Positions 42,092 to 53,700 of a stretch of DNA of 64,000 nt are shown piece by piece. The first letter of the stretch is position 1. The number at the start of each line of letters is the position of its first letter. The position numbers and the translations under genes were made by a program. This stretch comes from Candidatus Thorarchaeota archaeon (GTDB lineage Archaea; Asgardarchaeota; Thorarchaeia; Thorarchaeales; Thorarchaeaceae). The notes beneath the pieces are model-generated. The model saw nothing but the letters and a program-made list of their open reading frames with translations, did not search any database and had not been told where the DNA came from. The stretch spans positions 20,529 to 84,528 of the forward strand of contig JAWAQK010000002.1 in assembly GCA_038893995.1 (NCBI GenBank), in the 5' to 3' direction.

Positions 42092-42475
42092 ATGCTCTCG
42101 AGTCTTGAGATCGAGCTGCTCTCTGAACCACACCTAGCTCAGAAGGTCATCGAGTATTTCAAGGACAAGTACGGTAAGAGATTCATCAGCGCCCTAAGGG
42201 CGGCAGAAGAAGGAAGAGTCCTGAAGTACCAATTTGTCCCAAGTGGGGTGATCGCCTGGACTGTGCAGGGTCGCAAGCGGGAGTACCTTGTTGTCCCGGA
42301 GGTCTACTGCAGCTGCAGGAGTTTCTATCAGAGTGTTGTGATATCTCGGCAGTGTGACGTCTGCTACCATCTTTTGGCTCAGAAGATCGCCGAATCAAGA
42401 GGAACGTTCGTAACCAAACACCTTGATGATGACGCACGTCGAAGGCTCTACAAGTCCTGGCGACGTACAGACTGA
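42092..42475 (+). CDS. SWIM-type zinc-finger protein
   Basis: 127 aa with CSCRSF...C.VCYHLLAQ (CxC-x(n)-CxH SWIM signature). Confidence 0.5.
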   Translation: MLSSLEIELLSEPHLAQKVIEYFKDKYGKRFISALRAAEEGRVLKYQFVPSGVIAWTVQGRKREYLVVPEVYCSCRSFYQSVVISRQCDVCYHLLAQKIAESRGTFVTKHLDDDARRRLYKSWRRTD

Positions 42476-42529
42476 TTCTGGGATAGATTTAAAACTCGGT
42501 CATTGGGTAGGCCTCCGAAGTGAGATCGG

Positions 42530-43633
42530 GTGGGCCCTATTATGGAACGTGGTGCCTGTTTCAAGGTCTGTGTCCTGCTGCTCGTTGTGCTCATGACCTG
42601 TAAGCCCGTTACTGTAAGTGCCCAGGTTCTGGATCAAGTCGTGGTACTTTTTGATGCCTCCCACTCGCCTCAGTTTGCTCCTGATGATGACGAACAGGGT
42701 CTGGGCCTGATACTCAAGATGGTGAACTCTTCAACAAGGTACATGGTGCGTGTTCACAAGGGTTCCCCGCTCAACACGAGTATCCTTGATGACGTGGACA
42801 TACTGATCGTGGCATCGCCAGACAAGTCCAATCCATTCTCCCGCTCCGAAATCTTAGCCATATCGGAGTCAATTGCAAACGGAACTTCTCTTCTTGTTCT
42901 CGGAGACCCCTGTATTGACCAGAAATCAAAATACTGGTCTACTGAGCGACTTCGCGACATGGGCGAGAATATAGCTCTGAACCAGTTTCTTGACTCATTG
43001 AACATCAGTGCTGTTCGCTTCAGTATCAACTATACTGTTGGGGGTGATGCCTGGGGCGATACGATGTTCGACTATGATCACGCCCTGAATAAGACATCTC
43101 CCTCTGTAATCCGACTTGGCTCTGCATCGTGGGCCTCCGCGCACCCAATATTCCGGAACATAAACGAGCTGGTACTTATGACATCGACTCTCAAACCGCT
43201 CAATAGTTCCACATTGATCGGTAGGAGCGAAAAGAGCTCGTTTGCACAGTTCAGAAAGGGGCCAAATACCTTTGCGAACTTGAGTTTTCCGAACATGAGT
43301 CTTGAGGAATTCAGAAATCGTCCTCTCTCATATTCAGCCATCAACGGTACTTTCCCATCATGGCTCAGTGCTTTTGAGTATGGATCGAGTAGGGTTGTGA
43401 TCTCCGGATCGACGATAATGTTCTCCGGCCTATCTCTTGACCTTCCTAGTTCTGATGCGCGGAAAGATGACAGATGGTTCTATACTGCGGACAATTCCAA
43501 GCTGTTCCTGAACATATTGAGTTGGCTCTCTGAACGCCACGTCAGTCCTCCCAGTGCAATCACTCAGGTCTTGATAGTTTCATCAGTCCTTCTTGCAGTA
43601 GGGGTACTTTACTACGTTGTTCGAAGAGAGTAA
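42530..43633 (+). CDS. Secreted, membrane-anchored hypothetical glycoprotein
   Basis: N-terminal signal peptide (CFKVCVLLLVVLMTCKPVTVSA), a C-terminal transmembrane helix plus RRE, and more than 10 N-x-S/T sequons. Confidence 0.55.
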   Translation: MGPIMERGACFKVCVLLLVVLMTCKPVTVSAQVLDQVVVLFDASHSPQFAPDDDEQGLGLILKMVNSSTRYMVRVHKGSPLNTSILDDVDILIVASPDKSNPFSRSEILAISESIANGTSLLVLGDPCIDQKSKYWSTERLRDMGENIALNQFLDSLNISAVRFSINYTVGGDAWGDTMFDYDHALNKTSPSVIRLGSASWASAHPIFRNINELVLMTSTLKPLNSSTLIGRSEKSSFAQFRKGPNTFANLSFPNMSLEEFRNRPLSYSAINGTFPSWLSAFEYGSSRVVISGSTIMFSGLSLDLPSSDARKDDRWFYTADNSKLFLNILSWLSERHVSPPSAITQVLIVSSVLLAVGVLYYVVRRE

Positions 43634-43702
43634 CATCATCAAGCACAGCGAGTGAATGAGGTGTTTCGACGCGCTGGCCACTCTACTGACATAGAGATTG
43701 TT

Positions 43703-46519
43703 CTACCAGAAACCCCGTGTCCTGGCGTATTGCTCTTCTGCTGCAGCAATTGCCCTAAGTAACGAGACTCTGTCCATTCTGCTAGGCGACAATATCCTGG
43801 ATGCCATAGTCGGCCCGATGCCCCTTCCAGCTAGGACCATGACTGCCCTCTTGCCGTACTCAGCCACTAGCTGAGCAGTAAGATCCATCTGTCGTACTAG
43901 CCTATTCGACGAAACCCTGTTCCGACGACCATCATAGGTACTATCCTTCTGGTCCCCCCTCCGGATCTTGAATACAGATATCATCCTTGATAGGCAGGTC
44001 GGGCACGTCACGATTTCGTCCAGTGAGTAGACCTTACGAACTGCGCTCCAGCTGCAGTTTCGGCACTGGAGCCGGAGTTCTGTGGATAGAAGCCTTCGCT
44101 CGAGCAGGGCGAGGATCTCTTCTTCCTCCAGGGTTTCGCCAACCAGTTCAAACCTGGACCTCCCTTCGACTATCGACTGTGCAAGTGGGGACATTGACGC
44201 TGGAATCACGATTTGAAATTGTATTCTGCCATTCCTGCAGTCTTCGAGGAACTCAATCACGCGTTTCTCATCCGTTTTCTGAAAGAGGACCTCGTTGAGT
44301 GCCTCATCGAACACGGGCGTGTTTCTCAGCAATCTGATAAGATTTCTTGCTACGTTCGAGCTAGCCTCCGGTTCTATGACGCCCATTCTCTTGGCAACTT
44401 GTGCAAATCTGGACAGAAACGCATCTGTATTCTTTAGAGCCAACCGCAGCAGTGTTCTTGTCTGTGCAGCTTCAAGCCCTTTGAGCACGCATTCAATCTC
44501 GGAAGGGTCAATGTGCTGAGAGGTAGAGAGTAGTATCCTGTATGGATCGCTCTCCATTCCTATGTCAATCCCATGTCTTGTGGACAGAAGAGCAGACAGC
44601 AGCAGGCCAAGTGTCTCATTGGCCCTTGTTCCCAGAGGCACATGAACAACGAGCCCCATACTTGTGCTCTCGATGACGACGCGCTTGACAGATGGAATCA
44701 CGCCAAGTATATGCATGCTAGCGTCGATGCACTGTATCACATACTCTGCTGCTTCCTTAGTCAGCCGATATCGTTTCTCTAGCCATTTGCAAGCCCTCTT
44801 CTTTGTCATGGTTGCGACGTGATTCCAAACGGAAGACACTTCGACAGCCACCTCATAAGGAACTGGAATCATCTCTCCCGTCCATCGCGGAGGCGCAGTA
44901 TCAGTACTGACTGCAGGTCTGCATAGTACCTCCTCATCTATGCTGACGACATCGTACGTCCTACCTGCAATCACAAGGCTCGTACCTGCCGCCACATTGG
45001 TCTTGACATACTCCTCATCGAGGACTCCTACAGTTCTCCTTGTCAGTATGTCCAATACTGGTACTTGTCTGACATCGGGTATTGTTCCCAGATGTTCGTA
45101 GTAGAACTTCCTTGTCCTCCTCGTGGCTGCAACACGGTCTCCAATAACTGAGATCAGAGATCTCCGCTTCATGAACTCTATGAGACGCTCGATGTGTGAT
45201 CTGTTGAACATCCTGAACGGACATGTTTCCCTTGTCATCTCAAGCAGCTCGGTCAAGCTCACACTCCCGGAATCCAAGACAGCACCACATATCTGATGGC
45301 AGAGGACATCCCACGATTCCATCGGTATCTCGACATGCTCGACCTTGTTCAGAATTGCTCTCCGCACAATTACACCTGACTCAGTCACATCATCGAGGTT
45401 CATTGTTGCGATGACAACACCCTCTGCAGCACCCCCTACCCGATGAGATGCTCTCCCTGCCCTCTGCAATTCCCTTGATACATTACGTGGACTGCTATAC
45501 TGTACCACGAGGTCCGCCTGGCCTATGTCTATTCCTAGCTCCAGACTGGAAGTAGCTATCATTGCTTTGCAAGAGCCATTCTTGAACTCGTCTTCTGCCT
45601 CAAGCCGTTCGGACTTCGAGAGAGAGCCATGATGGACTCTGAGCTTGAGTGACGGATCGATTACCCTCATCTTAAGACCTAGTAGTTCAGCAAACGATCG
45701 CGTGTTGGTGAATATCAATGTCGAACTGTGTGTGTTTATCAGATCTAGGATCCTCTTCAGTCGCGCCACGTTGTATGGTGAGACCTTGATCTCCCGAGCA
45801 ATCCTCATGTCTTCGTCATCTGGCACGGGCATCTCAACCCGTAGAATCATCCGTCGTGATTCAAATCCTCCCCAGATGATTCTGACGTACTGATCCGTTC
45901 CGCCCAACCATCCAGCAACAGTCCTGGGGTTACCAACAGTGGCCGAGAGTCCTATGCGCTGAATTCGTGAACCGGCTATTCTCTCAAGTCTCTCCAGACC
46001 GAGACTGAGCTGTACACCTCTCTTGCTACCGGCCAGTTCGTGTACCTCATCAATCACGGCCGTTCGTACGTTTCTGATGTGCATCTGCATTCTCGGAGCA
46101 GGGATGATCGCCTGTAGTGTTTCGGGAGTGAGGATCAGCAGGTCTGGTGGATTCTCCAATTGCTTCTTGCGGAAGTGTTGTGATGTGTCTCCGTGACGTA
46201 CACTCACACTCAGACCAACATGGGTACAGATTCTCTCGATGCGCTCGAGCAGATCCCTGTTCAGCGCACGAAGTGGGGTTATGTATAGCAGCCTCACGCC
46301 GCCTGAAGAACGATCGTCAGTCTGTTCTAACATCTTACTTAACAGTGGAAGCAGTGCTGCCTCCGTCTTTCCAGATCCCGTGGGAGCTACGATCAGGAAG
46401 TTATCTCTGGACCGAAGAATCTCGGGTATTGCTGCTACCTGAATTGGAGTTGGTTCGACTATTCCTCTATCTGCTAGGACTTCTCTTATCCGATCATGCA
46501 ACAGCTCAAACACATTCAT
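43703..46519 (-). CDS. lhr: Lhr-family large ATP-dependent helicase
   Basis: 938 aa with APTGSGKTEAA, DEVHE and QRAGRA superfamily-2 motifs, plus the long C-terminal Lhr-specific domains. Confidence 0.85.
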   Translation of the reverse strand: MNVFELLHDRIREVLADRGIVEPTPIQVAAIPEILRSRDNFLIVAPTGSGKTEAALLPLLSKMLEQTDDRSSGGVRLLYITPLRALNRDLLERIERICTHVGLSVSVRHGDTSQHFRKKQLENPPDLLILTPETLQAIIPAPRMQMHIRNVRTAVIDEVHELAGSKRGVQLSLGLERLERIAGSRIQRIGLSATVGNPRTVAGWLGGTDQYVRIIWGGFESRRMILRVEMPVPDDEDMRIAREIKVSPYNVARLKRILDLINTHSSTLIFTNTRSFAELLGLKMRVIDPSLKLRVHHGSLSKSERLEAEDEFKNGSCKAMIATSSLELGIDIGQADLVVQYSSPRNVSRELQRAGRASHRVGGAAEGVVIATMNLDDVTESGVIVRRAILNKVEHVEIPMESWDVLCHQICGAVLDSGSVSLTELLEMTRETCPFRMFNRSHIERLIEFMKRRSLISVIGDRVAATRRTRKFYYEHLGTIPDVRQVPVLDILTRRTVGVLDEEYVKTNVAAGTSLVIAGRTYDVVSIDEEVLCRPAVSTDTAPPRWTGEMIPVPYEVAVEVSSVWNHVATMTKKRACKWLEKRYRLTKEAAEYVIQCIDASMHILGVIPSVKRVVIESTSMGLVVHVPLGTRANETLGLLLSALLSTRHGIDIGMESDPYRILLSTSQHIDPSEIECVLKGLEAAQTRTLLRLALKNTDAFLSRFAQVAKRMGVIEPEASSNVARNLIRLLRNTPVFDEALNEVLFQKTDEKRVIEFLEDCRNGRIQFQIVIPASMSPLAQSIVEGRSRFELVGETLEEEEILALLERRLLSTELRLQCRNCSWSAVRKVYSLDEIVTCPTCLSRMISVFKIRRGDQKDSTYDGRRNRVSSNRLVRQMDLTAQLVAEYGKRAVMVLAGRGIGPTMASRILSPSRMDRVSLLRAIAAAEEQYARTRGFW

Positions 46520-46931
46520 CGGCTAGCTTTCCTTTCTTGATGCGGCGCTGAAAGTCATTGATGACTATCCGTATGTCGGTCGATAGGGTGATATCCGCTT
46601 GTCTTGCAAGCTCTTGAAGCTTGTCCAATGCGCTCTCACATAGAACATTCTCTGAAACTATCTCTTCGATTATCGTTCTCATCTCTCGAAGATACACTAG
46701 ATATGGGGCACATGACTGGAATGACTCGGCAAGCAGTGTCCTGCATGAATCTATACGTTCACCATCATTCTTCAGATTGTTCCTGCCCCCAAACGCTGTA
46801 GGCCAGAATGAACACCAAGGCGAACAATCCAAGCATCAACATGACTATGTAGAGCACATTCTGAAGCGTCTGCATTGGAATCTGGCGACTCTGCGTCTAG
46901 TGCACTTAAAACAGTTGCTACTGCCCGTTGC

Positions 46932-47180
46932 CTACTCAGATCTTTGCATCTCTGAGAATCTGTCGACAAATGTCCCGTAGACGTCAACCGGTTCAGTTAG
47001 AGAGGTCACCTTCTCGATCGTCATGTCAAGCCCGCACGACCCACATCTGACGGTGGCAATGCCCTCCTCCTGATACACTTCAATCTTTATTGCAACCTCT
47101 CCGCAGTTAGGGCACGCGTACACGTCGGGAATTCGCTTCTGGGGTCGTCGAATCACCTTTTGCCTACGTCTTCTTCCCAT
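46932..47180 (-). CDS. elf1: Transcription elongation factor Elf1 homolog (zinc ribbon)
   Basis: 82 aa with a basic N-terminus, CPNCG...RCGSCG and EPVDVY, matching the Elf1 family. Confidence 0.6.
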   Translation of the reverse strand: MGRRRRQKVIRRPQKRIPDVYACPNCGEVAIKIEVYQEEGIATVRCGSCGLDMTIEKVTSLTEPVDVYGTFVDRFSEMQRSE

Positions 47181-47330
47181 TAGATCACCCTTGTCGTTTC
47201 TTCATCTGGATGAGCAAGGATTATGGAGAATAAAGCCAGCCAAGGGTCCCGGGGGCCTGTTTTAAGCATTTTGATGCCTCAGTGACCCAAACAAAAGACT
47301 TCTTATTGGGAAGGTGTCGCACTTGCCCAA

Positions 47331-47570
47331 ATGTCCTCCCTCAGTAAGAACCTAAGATGTATTCTCCGGATCTTGGAAGACAAAGGTCCCCTCACCACAG
47401 CAGAGATACTTCAGGCTGCTAACTCTGAAGCATACCGCGGTATATGCGATGAGTGTGTGGGAGGCGACTCGTTTGTTGCTGCTGCAAATCAGCTCGTGGA
47501 AATGGGACTTGTGACGAAACAGCTGCGAAAAGGTGGATACCACTGGCAAAGGACGGGTGTGAGCGCGTGA
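47331..47570 (+). CDS. Small winged-helix-like protein (hypothetical)
   Basis: 79 aa, LRCILRILEDKGPLTTAEILQAAN...; its stop overlaps the likely GTG start of the downstream cysteine desulfurase. Confidence 0.3.
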   Translation: MSSLSKNLRCILRILEDKGPLTTAEILQAANSEAYRGICDECVGGDSFVAAANQLVEMGLVTKQLRKGGYHWQRTGVSA

Positions 47571-48811
47571 CGGACTGGAAGAGAATCAGAGGGGACTTTC
47601 CCGTTCTCAGTAGACTGATTCGAGGAAAGCCCATAGTGTACCTTGACAGTGCATGTATGGCACTCAAGCCAAGACAGGTCATTCGTGCCATGAACGACTA
47701 CTATGAACTCCAGTCTGCGTGTGGCGGTCGCAGTCTGCATACACTTGGTAAGGAGGTTTCCGACGCTGTTCATGTAGCACGAGAGAGTATGTGCAGATTC
47801 ATCAATGCATCCGACAGTCGCGAGTGCATATGGACGAAGAATGCCACCGAATCCTTGAATATCGTTGCACATTGCGTGGAACTTCCAAAGGGGTCGAAGA
47901 TCGTCACAACATCACTGGAACACCATAGTGGCTCGTTGCCATTTGTTGAACGCGCTCGGCATGACGGACTAAAACTGGAAGTGGTAAAGTCCAGGGATGA
48001 CGGGACGTTTGACATTGAGGATTGGAAACGTGCAATCGACTCAGACACTCGACTTGTATCTGTTGTGCATTCATCGAACGTCACTGGAACAGTCGCCCCC
48101 CTACGAGAGATTGTTGAGATCGCACACGACAGGAACGCACTTGTTGTTTCTGATGACGCGCAATACGCTCCACACCATCCCATGGACGTTCGTTCCTCCG
48201 ACGTAGACTTCTCTGCAATCTCGATCCATAAGATGTGCGGACCTACCGGGATGGGCCTTCTCTACGGCAAGCTCGAGCATCTTGAGTCGATGAAGATGTT
48301 TGTCACAGGTGGTGACACGGTCAGCGATGTACGTTTCGAGGACGGTGAGATCCTGCCTACTTACCTCGGTCCTCCCGCCAAGTTTGAGGCGGGGCTTCAA
48401 AACTACGCTGGAATAATAGGATCGGGAGCAGCCGTCGACTATCTAACTTCTGTCGGTATGCATAATGTGGAGCACAGAGAGTATGCTCTCCTTCGTGCAA
48501 CACTCAGACAATTGAAGGACATCAAGGGAATCAGAATCATTGGTCCCGACGATCCTGACCTTAGATCTGGCGTGGTTACATTTACGGTGGACGAGATTAG
48601 ATCCGCACACGATGTTGCACTCTTTCTGAGTGAAGAGCATAACATCATGTGTAGATCCGGTTGGCACTGTACCGGCCCCTATCATTACCAGGTCGGAATA
48701 CCCCCCGTCTATGGTACCGTCCGTGCAAGCTTCTACTTGTATAACAATATGGATGATGTTCGCACGTTCCTTCACGCGCTCTGCGACCTTCTGGAATCTA
48801 GCATGGAATAG
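47567..48811 (+). CDS. Cysteine desulfurase (SufS/CsdA-like, class V aminotransferase). GTG start inferred; the ORF track begins upstream at 47453
   Basis: RGDFPVL...YLDSA N-terminus, SIHKMCGPTG (PLP lysine) and CRSGWHC (active-site Cys). Confidence 0.75.
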   Translation: MTDWKRIRGDFPVLSRLIRGKPIVYLDSACMALKPRQVIRAMNDYYELQSACGGRSLHTLGKEVSDAVHVARESMCRFINASDSRECIWTKNATESLNIVAHCVELPKGSKIVTTSLEHHSGSLPFVERARHDGLKLEVVKSRDDGTFDIEDWKRAIDSDTRLVSVVHSSNVTGTVAPLREIVEIAHDRNALVVSDDAQYAPHHPMDVRSSDVDFSAISIHKMCGPTGMGLLYGKLEHLESMKMFVTGGDTVSDVRFEDGEILPTYLGPPAKFEAGLQNYAGIIGSGAAVDYLTSVGMHNVEHREYALLRATLRQLKDIKGIRIIGPDDPDLRSGVVTFTVDEIRSAHDVALFLSEEHNIMCRSGWHCTGPYHYQVGIPPVYGTVRASFYLYNNMDDVRTFLHALCDLLESSME

Positions 48812-48897
48812 CCATTGTCAAACTGTTTCTTTGGACACCTGCATCCGGATTCCTTTCGTTAGACGCACGGCACGGTCTCACGTTGCGGTCTGACCTC

Positions 48898-50655
48898 TCA
48901 ACCCAACTTACTGAGGTCCTCTTCGACCTCCTGTCTCAAGCGCCTTATCTCCTCAAACAGACTGGATTCCTGGACCTCCCTGGCTGACACCTCGAAAGAG
49001 TCTCTGAATTTCCTCACAGTACCACGGACTGTAATTCTGGCCCCTCTTATCTCTTCTAAGAGTCCGGTTCCCCCTTTCCCCTTCTCGCTGATTTCAATCG
49101 CACTGGCCCGTGCCAACTCCTCTGCAACAGAGTCGAACAGAGTGACCCTCACTGTGTTTCCAGATCCATCATCCAGCGTGATCTTGTATAGGAGAATTGG
49201 CACCGGCTTGTGCACCTTTCCGTGTGCACTACACGCGTATCCTTCCTCAGATTCATCCACCTTCTTTCTACATCCCGGGTGATCACAGGCCAAGTAGAAT
49301 ATGTCCGACTCCTGTACTGCCACTACTATTCCCTCAACCTCAATGTATTTCTTCTCGAATGAATCGTCTATGTCGCACATTCTGACCCTCTTAGGTCTAG
49401 GTTGCAAGTGTTCCTCGAGAGATGAGATCTCCACATCTGTGATCACGATGTCCTCTGGGTTTCTCTCCAGTTCTCCCTGTCTTCCCACATGAAGTTCCGG
49501 TTCTCCTCGAATCCCCTCCTTCACATAACAATGCCTGATCCTTACCAGATCTCCTTCTCTGAGTTGAGAAGCCAGCTCCGCCTTCTCGTTCCAGAATGTG
49601 ACTCTGACGGCTCCTGAATTGTCCGCGACCACGACGTTTCTGAGCCTGCCACTTCTCCCCTCCTTCTCGAATCTCCTTTCCTCCATCACACTTATGACCT
49701 TGGCCTCTATGTCCACATCGGTCATGCTGGTTTCGAGTCTCGAAATGGGTGTGAGTCCAACAGATCTAGTCTGCGTTTCGAAACTGGCCTGGTCAACATC
49801 GATCTTGTAATCCAGGTTTCTTTCAATCACTGATGATCTGCCGGCATGAACCTCTATCTCGCCATTAAGTCCCTGCTTGGTGTAAGCCCCCGTGAGTCTT
49901 ACTACCTCCCCCACATTCACATCCTTCATCTTCTCTGCATGGGCGTCCCAAAACACTATTCTGGCCGATCCTGTTTCATCAGCGCCTCTGATACTCATGA
50001 TCGTCCCTTTCGTGCCATCTCGACTGCGCGTAAATGTCTTGAGTCCCTGTGTTTGGACAACTTTGAATACTAGTGTGATGTCGCTTGCTGGAACCTGAAG
50101 ACTACCGATCTTGACCGTTTCCTGTTTCACATTGACTACGGACTTGAATACATCCGCTTCTTCTCCGTCCATGACCCTCATCTCCCCTGTGTGGCCGAGG
50201 CTCAACTCAAGGGCATCTCTTAGTCCCCTCCTTGCAGAGGCTCCTCGTATCTGGATCACATCACCGACAGAGATCTCGCCTTCTTCTACGACCTTCGTCT
50301 TGTCATCCCACAGGGCAACTCGTATCTGTCCTGACTCATCTGCTACGACGATACTGGCTACCTTGCCTTCTCCACTACTCTTAGAGAAGGTCCTCACTGG
50401 GTCAATCCTTACTATCATTGCTGTAAGCACAACATTCCTCATGTTCTCATTCAGATCTGATATGCGCATCCTTGAAGACCTGGGCTGCTGTAGGTCGACA
50501 CCAAGTTCTCTCGCGACGATCATGGCCGCAGACTCGTCATTGATCAGGTCCATTCCAATATGCTGACGCTTCTTTCGGATGAGGTCCAGGATCTGCTTTC
50601 GGTCGTACTCCGTGTTTCTCAATACTATCTCAATCATTTCTTCTAGTGTTAGCAA
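48898..50655 (-). CDS. rpa: Replication protein A (multi-OB-fold ssDNA-binding protein with a C-terminal zinc finger)
   Basis: 585 aa with about four tandem OB folds (repeated ...V.V.G.V... blocks) and a CDHPGCRKKV...CSAHG zinc motif. Confidence 0.8.
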   Translation of the reverse strand: MLTLEEMIEIVLRNTEYDRKQILDLIRKKRQHIGMDLINDESAAMIVARELGVDLQQPRSSRMRISDLNENMRNVVLTAMIVRIDPVRTFSKSSGEGKVASIVVADESGQIRVALWDDKTKVVEEGEISVGDVIQIRGASARRGLRDALELSLGHTGEMRVMDGEEADVFKSVVNVKQETVKIGSLQVPASDITLVFKVVQTQGLKTFTRSRDGTKGTIMSIRGADETGSARIVFWDAHAEKMKDVNVGEVVRLTGAYTKQGLNGEIEVHAGRSSVIERNLDYKIDVDQASFETQTRSVGLTPISRLETSMTDVDIEAKVISVMEERRFEKEGRSGRLRNVVVADNSGAVRVTFWNEKAELASQLREGDLVRIRHCYVKEGIRGEPELHVGRQGELERNPEDIVITDVEISSLEEHLQPRPKRVRMCDIDDSFEKKYIEVEGIVVAVQESDIFYLACDHPGCRKKVDESEEGYACSAHGKVHKPVPILLYKITLDDGSGNTVRVTLFDSVAEELARASAIEISEKGKGGTGLLEEIRGARITVRGTVRKFRDSFEVSAREVQESSLFEEIRRLRQEVEEDLSKLG

Positions 50656-50787
50656 TGGAATTCCCTTCGATTCCAGTGTGTTTCACCTGAAATTACCCGC
50701 TGGCCACCTTTAAACGTCTTCATTGATGGATCTCTTCACCGTCATGATGATAAGCGACCAGATCATCCTCTGCGTTCGCGAACTGAC

Positions 50788-53700
50788 TTGAGTGGTCAAG
50801 ATTACTCTCTGCCAAAACATAGCCCAAGCTACGCAGAGTACTTCAGGACGATAAGCGACGAGATTGGAAGGATATACGAAATTGCCTCTCGTGCCAGGGC
50901 AAAGGGCATTGATCCCTCAGAGAAAGTCGAGATCCCGCCAGCACACGATCTTGCTGCCCGAGTCGAGGCCACTCTTGATGGCCCTGTAGGTATTGCAAGG
51001 AGAATCCGCGAGCTGCAAAGATCAATGAGCCGCGAAGAGGTGGCTTTCCAATTAGCACGAGAGGTTGTAGAGGGCCGATTTGGTGAAATAGGCAGCGACG
51101 AAGTGACCAATCCAGCCCTGAGAGAGGAGAAGGCCGCTGACAAGGCGGTCCGTGTTGCTCTCTCCATTCTGACTGAAAGCATAACAGCCGCGCCCCTGGA
51201 GGGAATTGCAAAGGTCAAGATCCATGGTTCGAATGAAGACCGGTACTTGGCCCTCTACTTGGCTGGTCCAATCAGGGCCGCTGGTGGTACCGAGGCAGCG
51301 GTCACAGTACTGGTCGCAGACTACGTTCGACAGGTCCTGGGGTTGCCTCCACTAAGACCTACAGAGAAAGAGGTAGAACGTGCAGTTGAGGAAGTCGAGC
51401 TTTATGCTAGAAACGTACATCTCCAGTATCCCGTGAATTCTGACCTGATACGGTTTGCTGCAAGGCACCTCCCCATCATGCTCACAGGCGAACCTACTGA
51501 AGAGATAGAAGTGTCCGGGACACGAGATCTAGAACGAATTGAAACAAACAGGGTTCGGGGAGGCGCGGTACTGGTTCTGAATGATGGAGTGGTGGGTAGG
51601 GCTGCAAAGTTGGCCAAGATCGTGAATCGCCTGAACATTCCCGGCTGGTCCTGGTTAGACGAGATTGTCGCTAGGACATCAAAGACAAAGAGCATTGAAA
51701 CCGATGACGAACGTCAGAAGCTACTCGCTCCGAAACAAGACTATCTTGTCGATGTGATTGCTGGTCGCCCTGTGTTTTCACACCCATCCAAGATTGGAGG
51801 TTTTCGTGTCAGATATGGTCGATCTCGCAATACCGGTCTTGCTGCAGTGGGGCTCCATCCCGCGACCATGGTCGTTCTCAGTGAGTTTCTCGCATCCGGG
51901 ACGCATATCCGAACAGAGAGACCCGGTAAGGGTTCCATTGTGGCGCCGGTCGACACAATCGAGGGCCCAATCGTCCTACTGGTTGATGGTTCCGTCAGGC
52001 AGCTGAATGATGTGAATGAAGCACGCGCCTGCATGGGATCTATCAAGAAAGTGCTTTACCTTGGCGATATACTGATCGCACTGGGAGAGTTTCTCGAGAA
52101 CAATCATCCCCTTGTACCTTCTGCATACTGCGAGGAATGGTGGTCTCACGACCTAGAGCAGAAGACACAGGCCCTGTCTCGAAATCAGCTCGCGAGCTTG
52201 CTTCGAGATTCTGGAGTTTCTCCAGAAGAGTATGAGTCTTTCGTGCATAATCCACTGACCCACTACCCGACTCCGCAACAGGCAGTCCTGATGTCCAAAC
52301 TACTTGATATTCCATTGCACCCGAGGTATGTATATCGTTGGAATGCGTTGAGCCCGGTAGAGTTTGATGAATTCAGAACCTGGCTTCTGACATCGTACGG
52401 GGAAATAGTGGAAGACGGTCGCAGACTGATAAAAGCGCCTGACAATTCACGATTCAAGGCCATGTTGGAGCGTATTGGTGCGCCTCACAGGTACCTGCAG
52501 GGCTCAAGAGAAATTGTACTCCTTGATGATCCGCTCACTATACTAGAACAGCTCGGCAACAGAGAGCATGAACCACAGGGCTCAACCACGCTCGACGCAG
52601 TCAACTCGGTTTCGAACGTCAGAGTCGGTGACAGACTCGGGTTTCACATAGGTGCGAGAATGGGCCGGCCTGAGAAGGCAGAAGCAAGAAGAATGAAACC
52701 CCCCGTTCAAGTGCTCTTCCCAGTAGGCCGAGATTCCTCAACCGAGAGAAACTTGGAGAGGGTGGCACGAAATCAGGAGTCCTTACCCCCACTGGACACC
52801 TATATGAGTCCCATGGAAACCGGGTATGGAATACCCAGAAACGTCGAAACTGATTCCGGTAGAGGTGTACTGGTAGAGCTGGTTGTGAGAGTGTGTCCTA
52901 ACTGCGGAAACGAGACTTTCGAGCCCATGTGTCCCGTGTGTCGAGTACGTACGCAGGTGAAGCGATGGTGTTCGCAGGAGGGATGCGGTCTCTATGTTGA
53001 CGAGACTAGGGGTCTCTGTCCACGCAGCCACAATGTGAATCTTATCAGATCAACGAAGGTCCGCAGGGTCGATATCGATGCATATCTCGAGCGCGTCAAA
53101 CAGGAGATTTCGGAGAGTGACGCGTTCGATGTCAGAGGGGTACTTGGCCTAACCAGTGAACTCAAGATTCCCGAGTATCTCGGCAAGGGCATTTTGCGCG
53201 CAAAACATGGCGTGTATTGCTATCGAGATGGTACTGCAAGATTCGATGCGACTGATGCACCTTTGACTCATTTCACACCTAAAGAGGTGGGGGCGTCAGT
53301 CGGTCGCCTGCGCAGCCTCGGATACTCAGTTGACTATCAAGGGAACCCGTTGGTGTCCGACGACCAGATACTCGAGTTGAAGGTTCAGGATATTGTCGTG
53401 TCAGAGGCATGCGTTGAGTATCTATTCCGCGTTGGTCAGTTTGTTGATGATTGTTTGGAAAAAATCTACGGGCTGGATCGATACTACCGTTTTGCCAGTC
53501 TTGAGGACCTGATTGGGCATCTGGTCATCGGTCTTGCACCGCACACATCCGCGGGGATTGTCGGACGCATCATTGGCTTCACTGATGCAAGTGTCTGCTA
53601 CGCCCACCCATACTGGCATGCTGCAAAACGCCGCAACTGTGATGGTGATGAGGACTCAGTGATGCTCGTTATGGATGCTCTTCTCAACTTCTCCAAGTCC

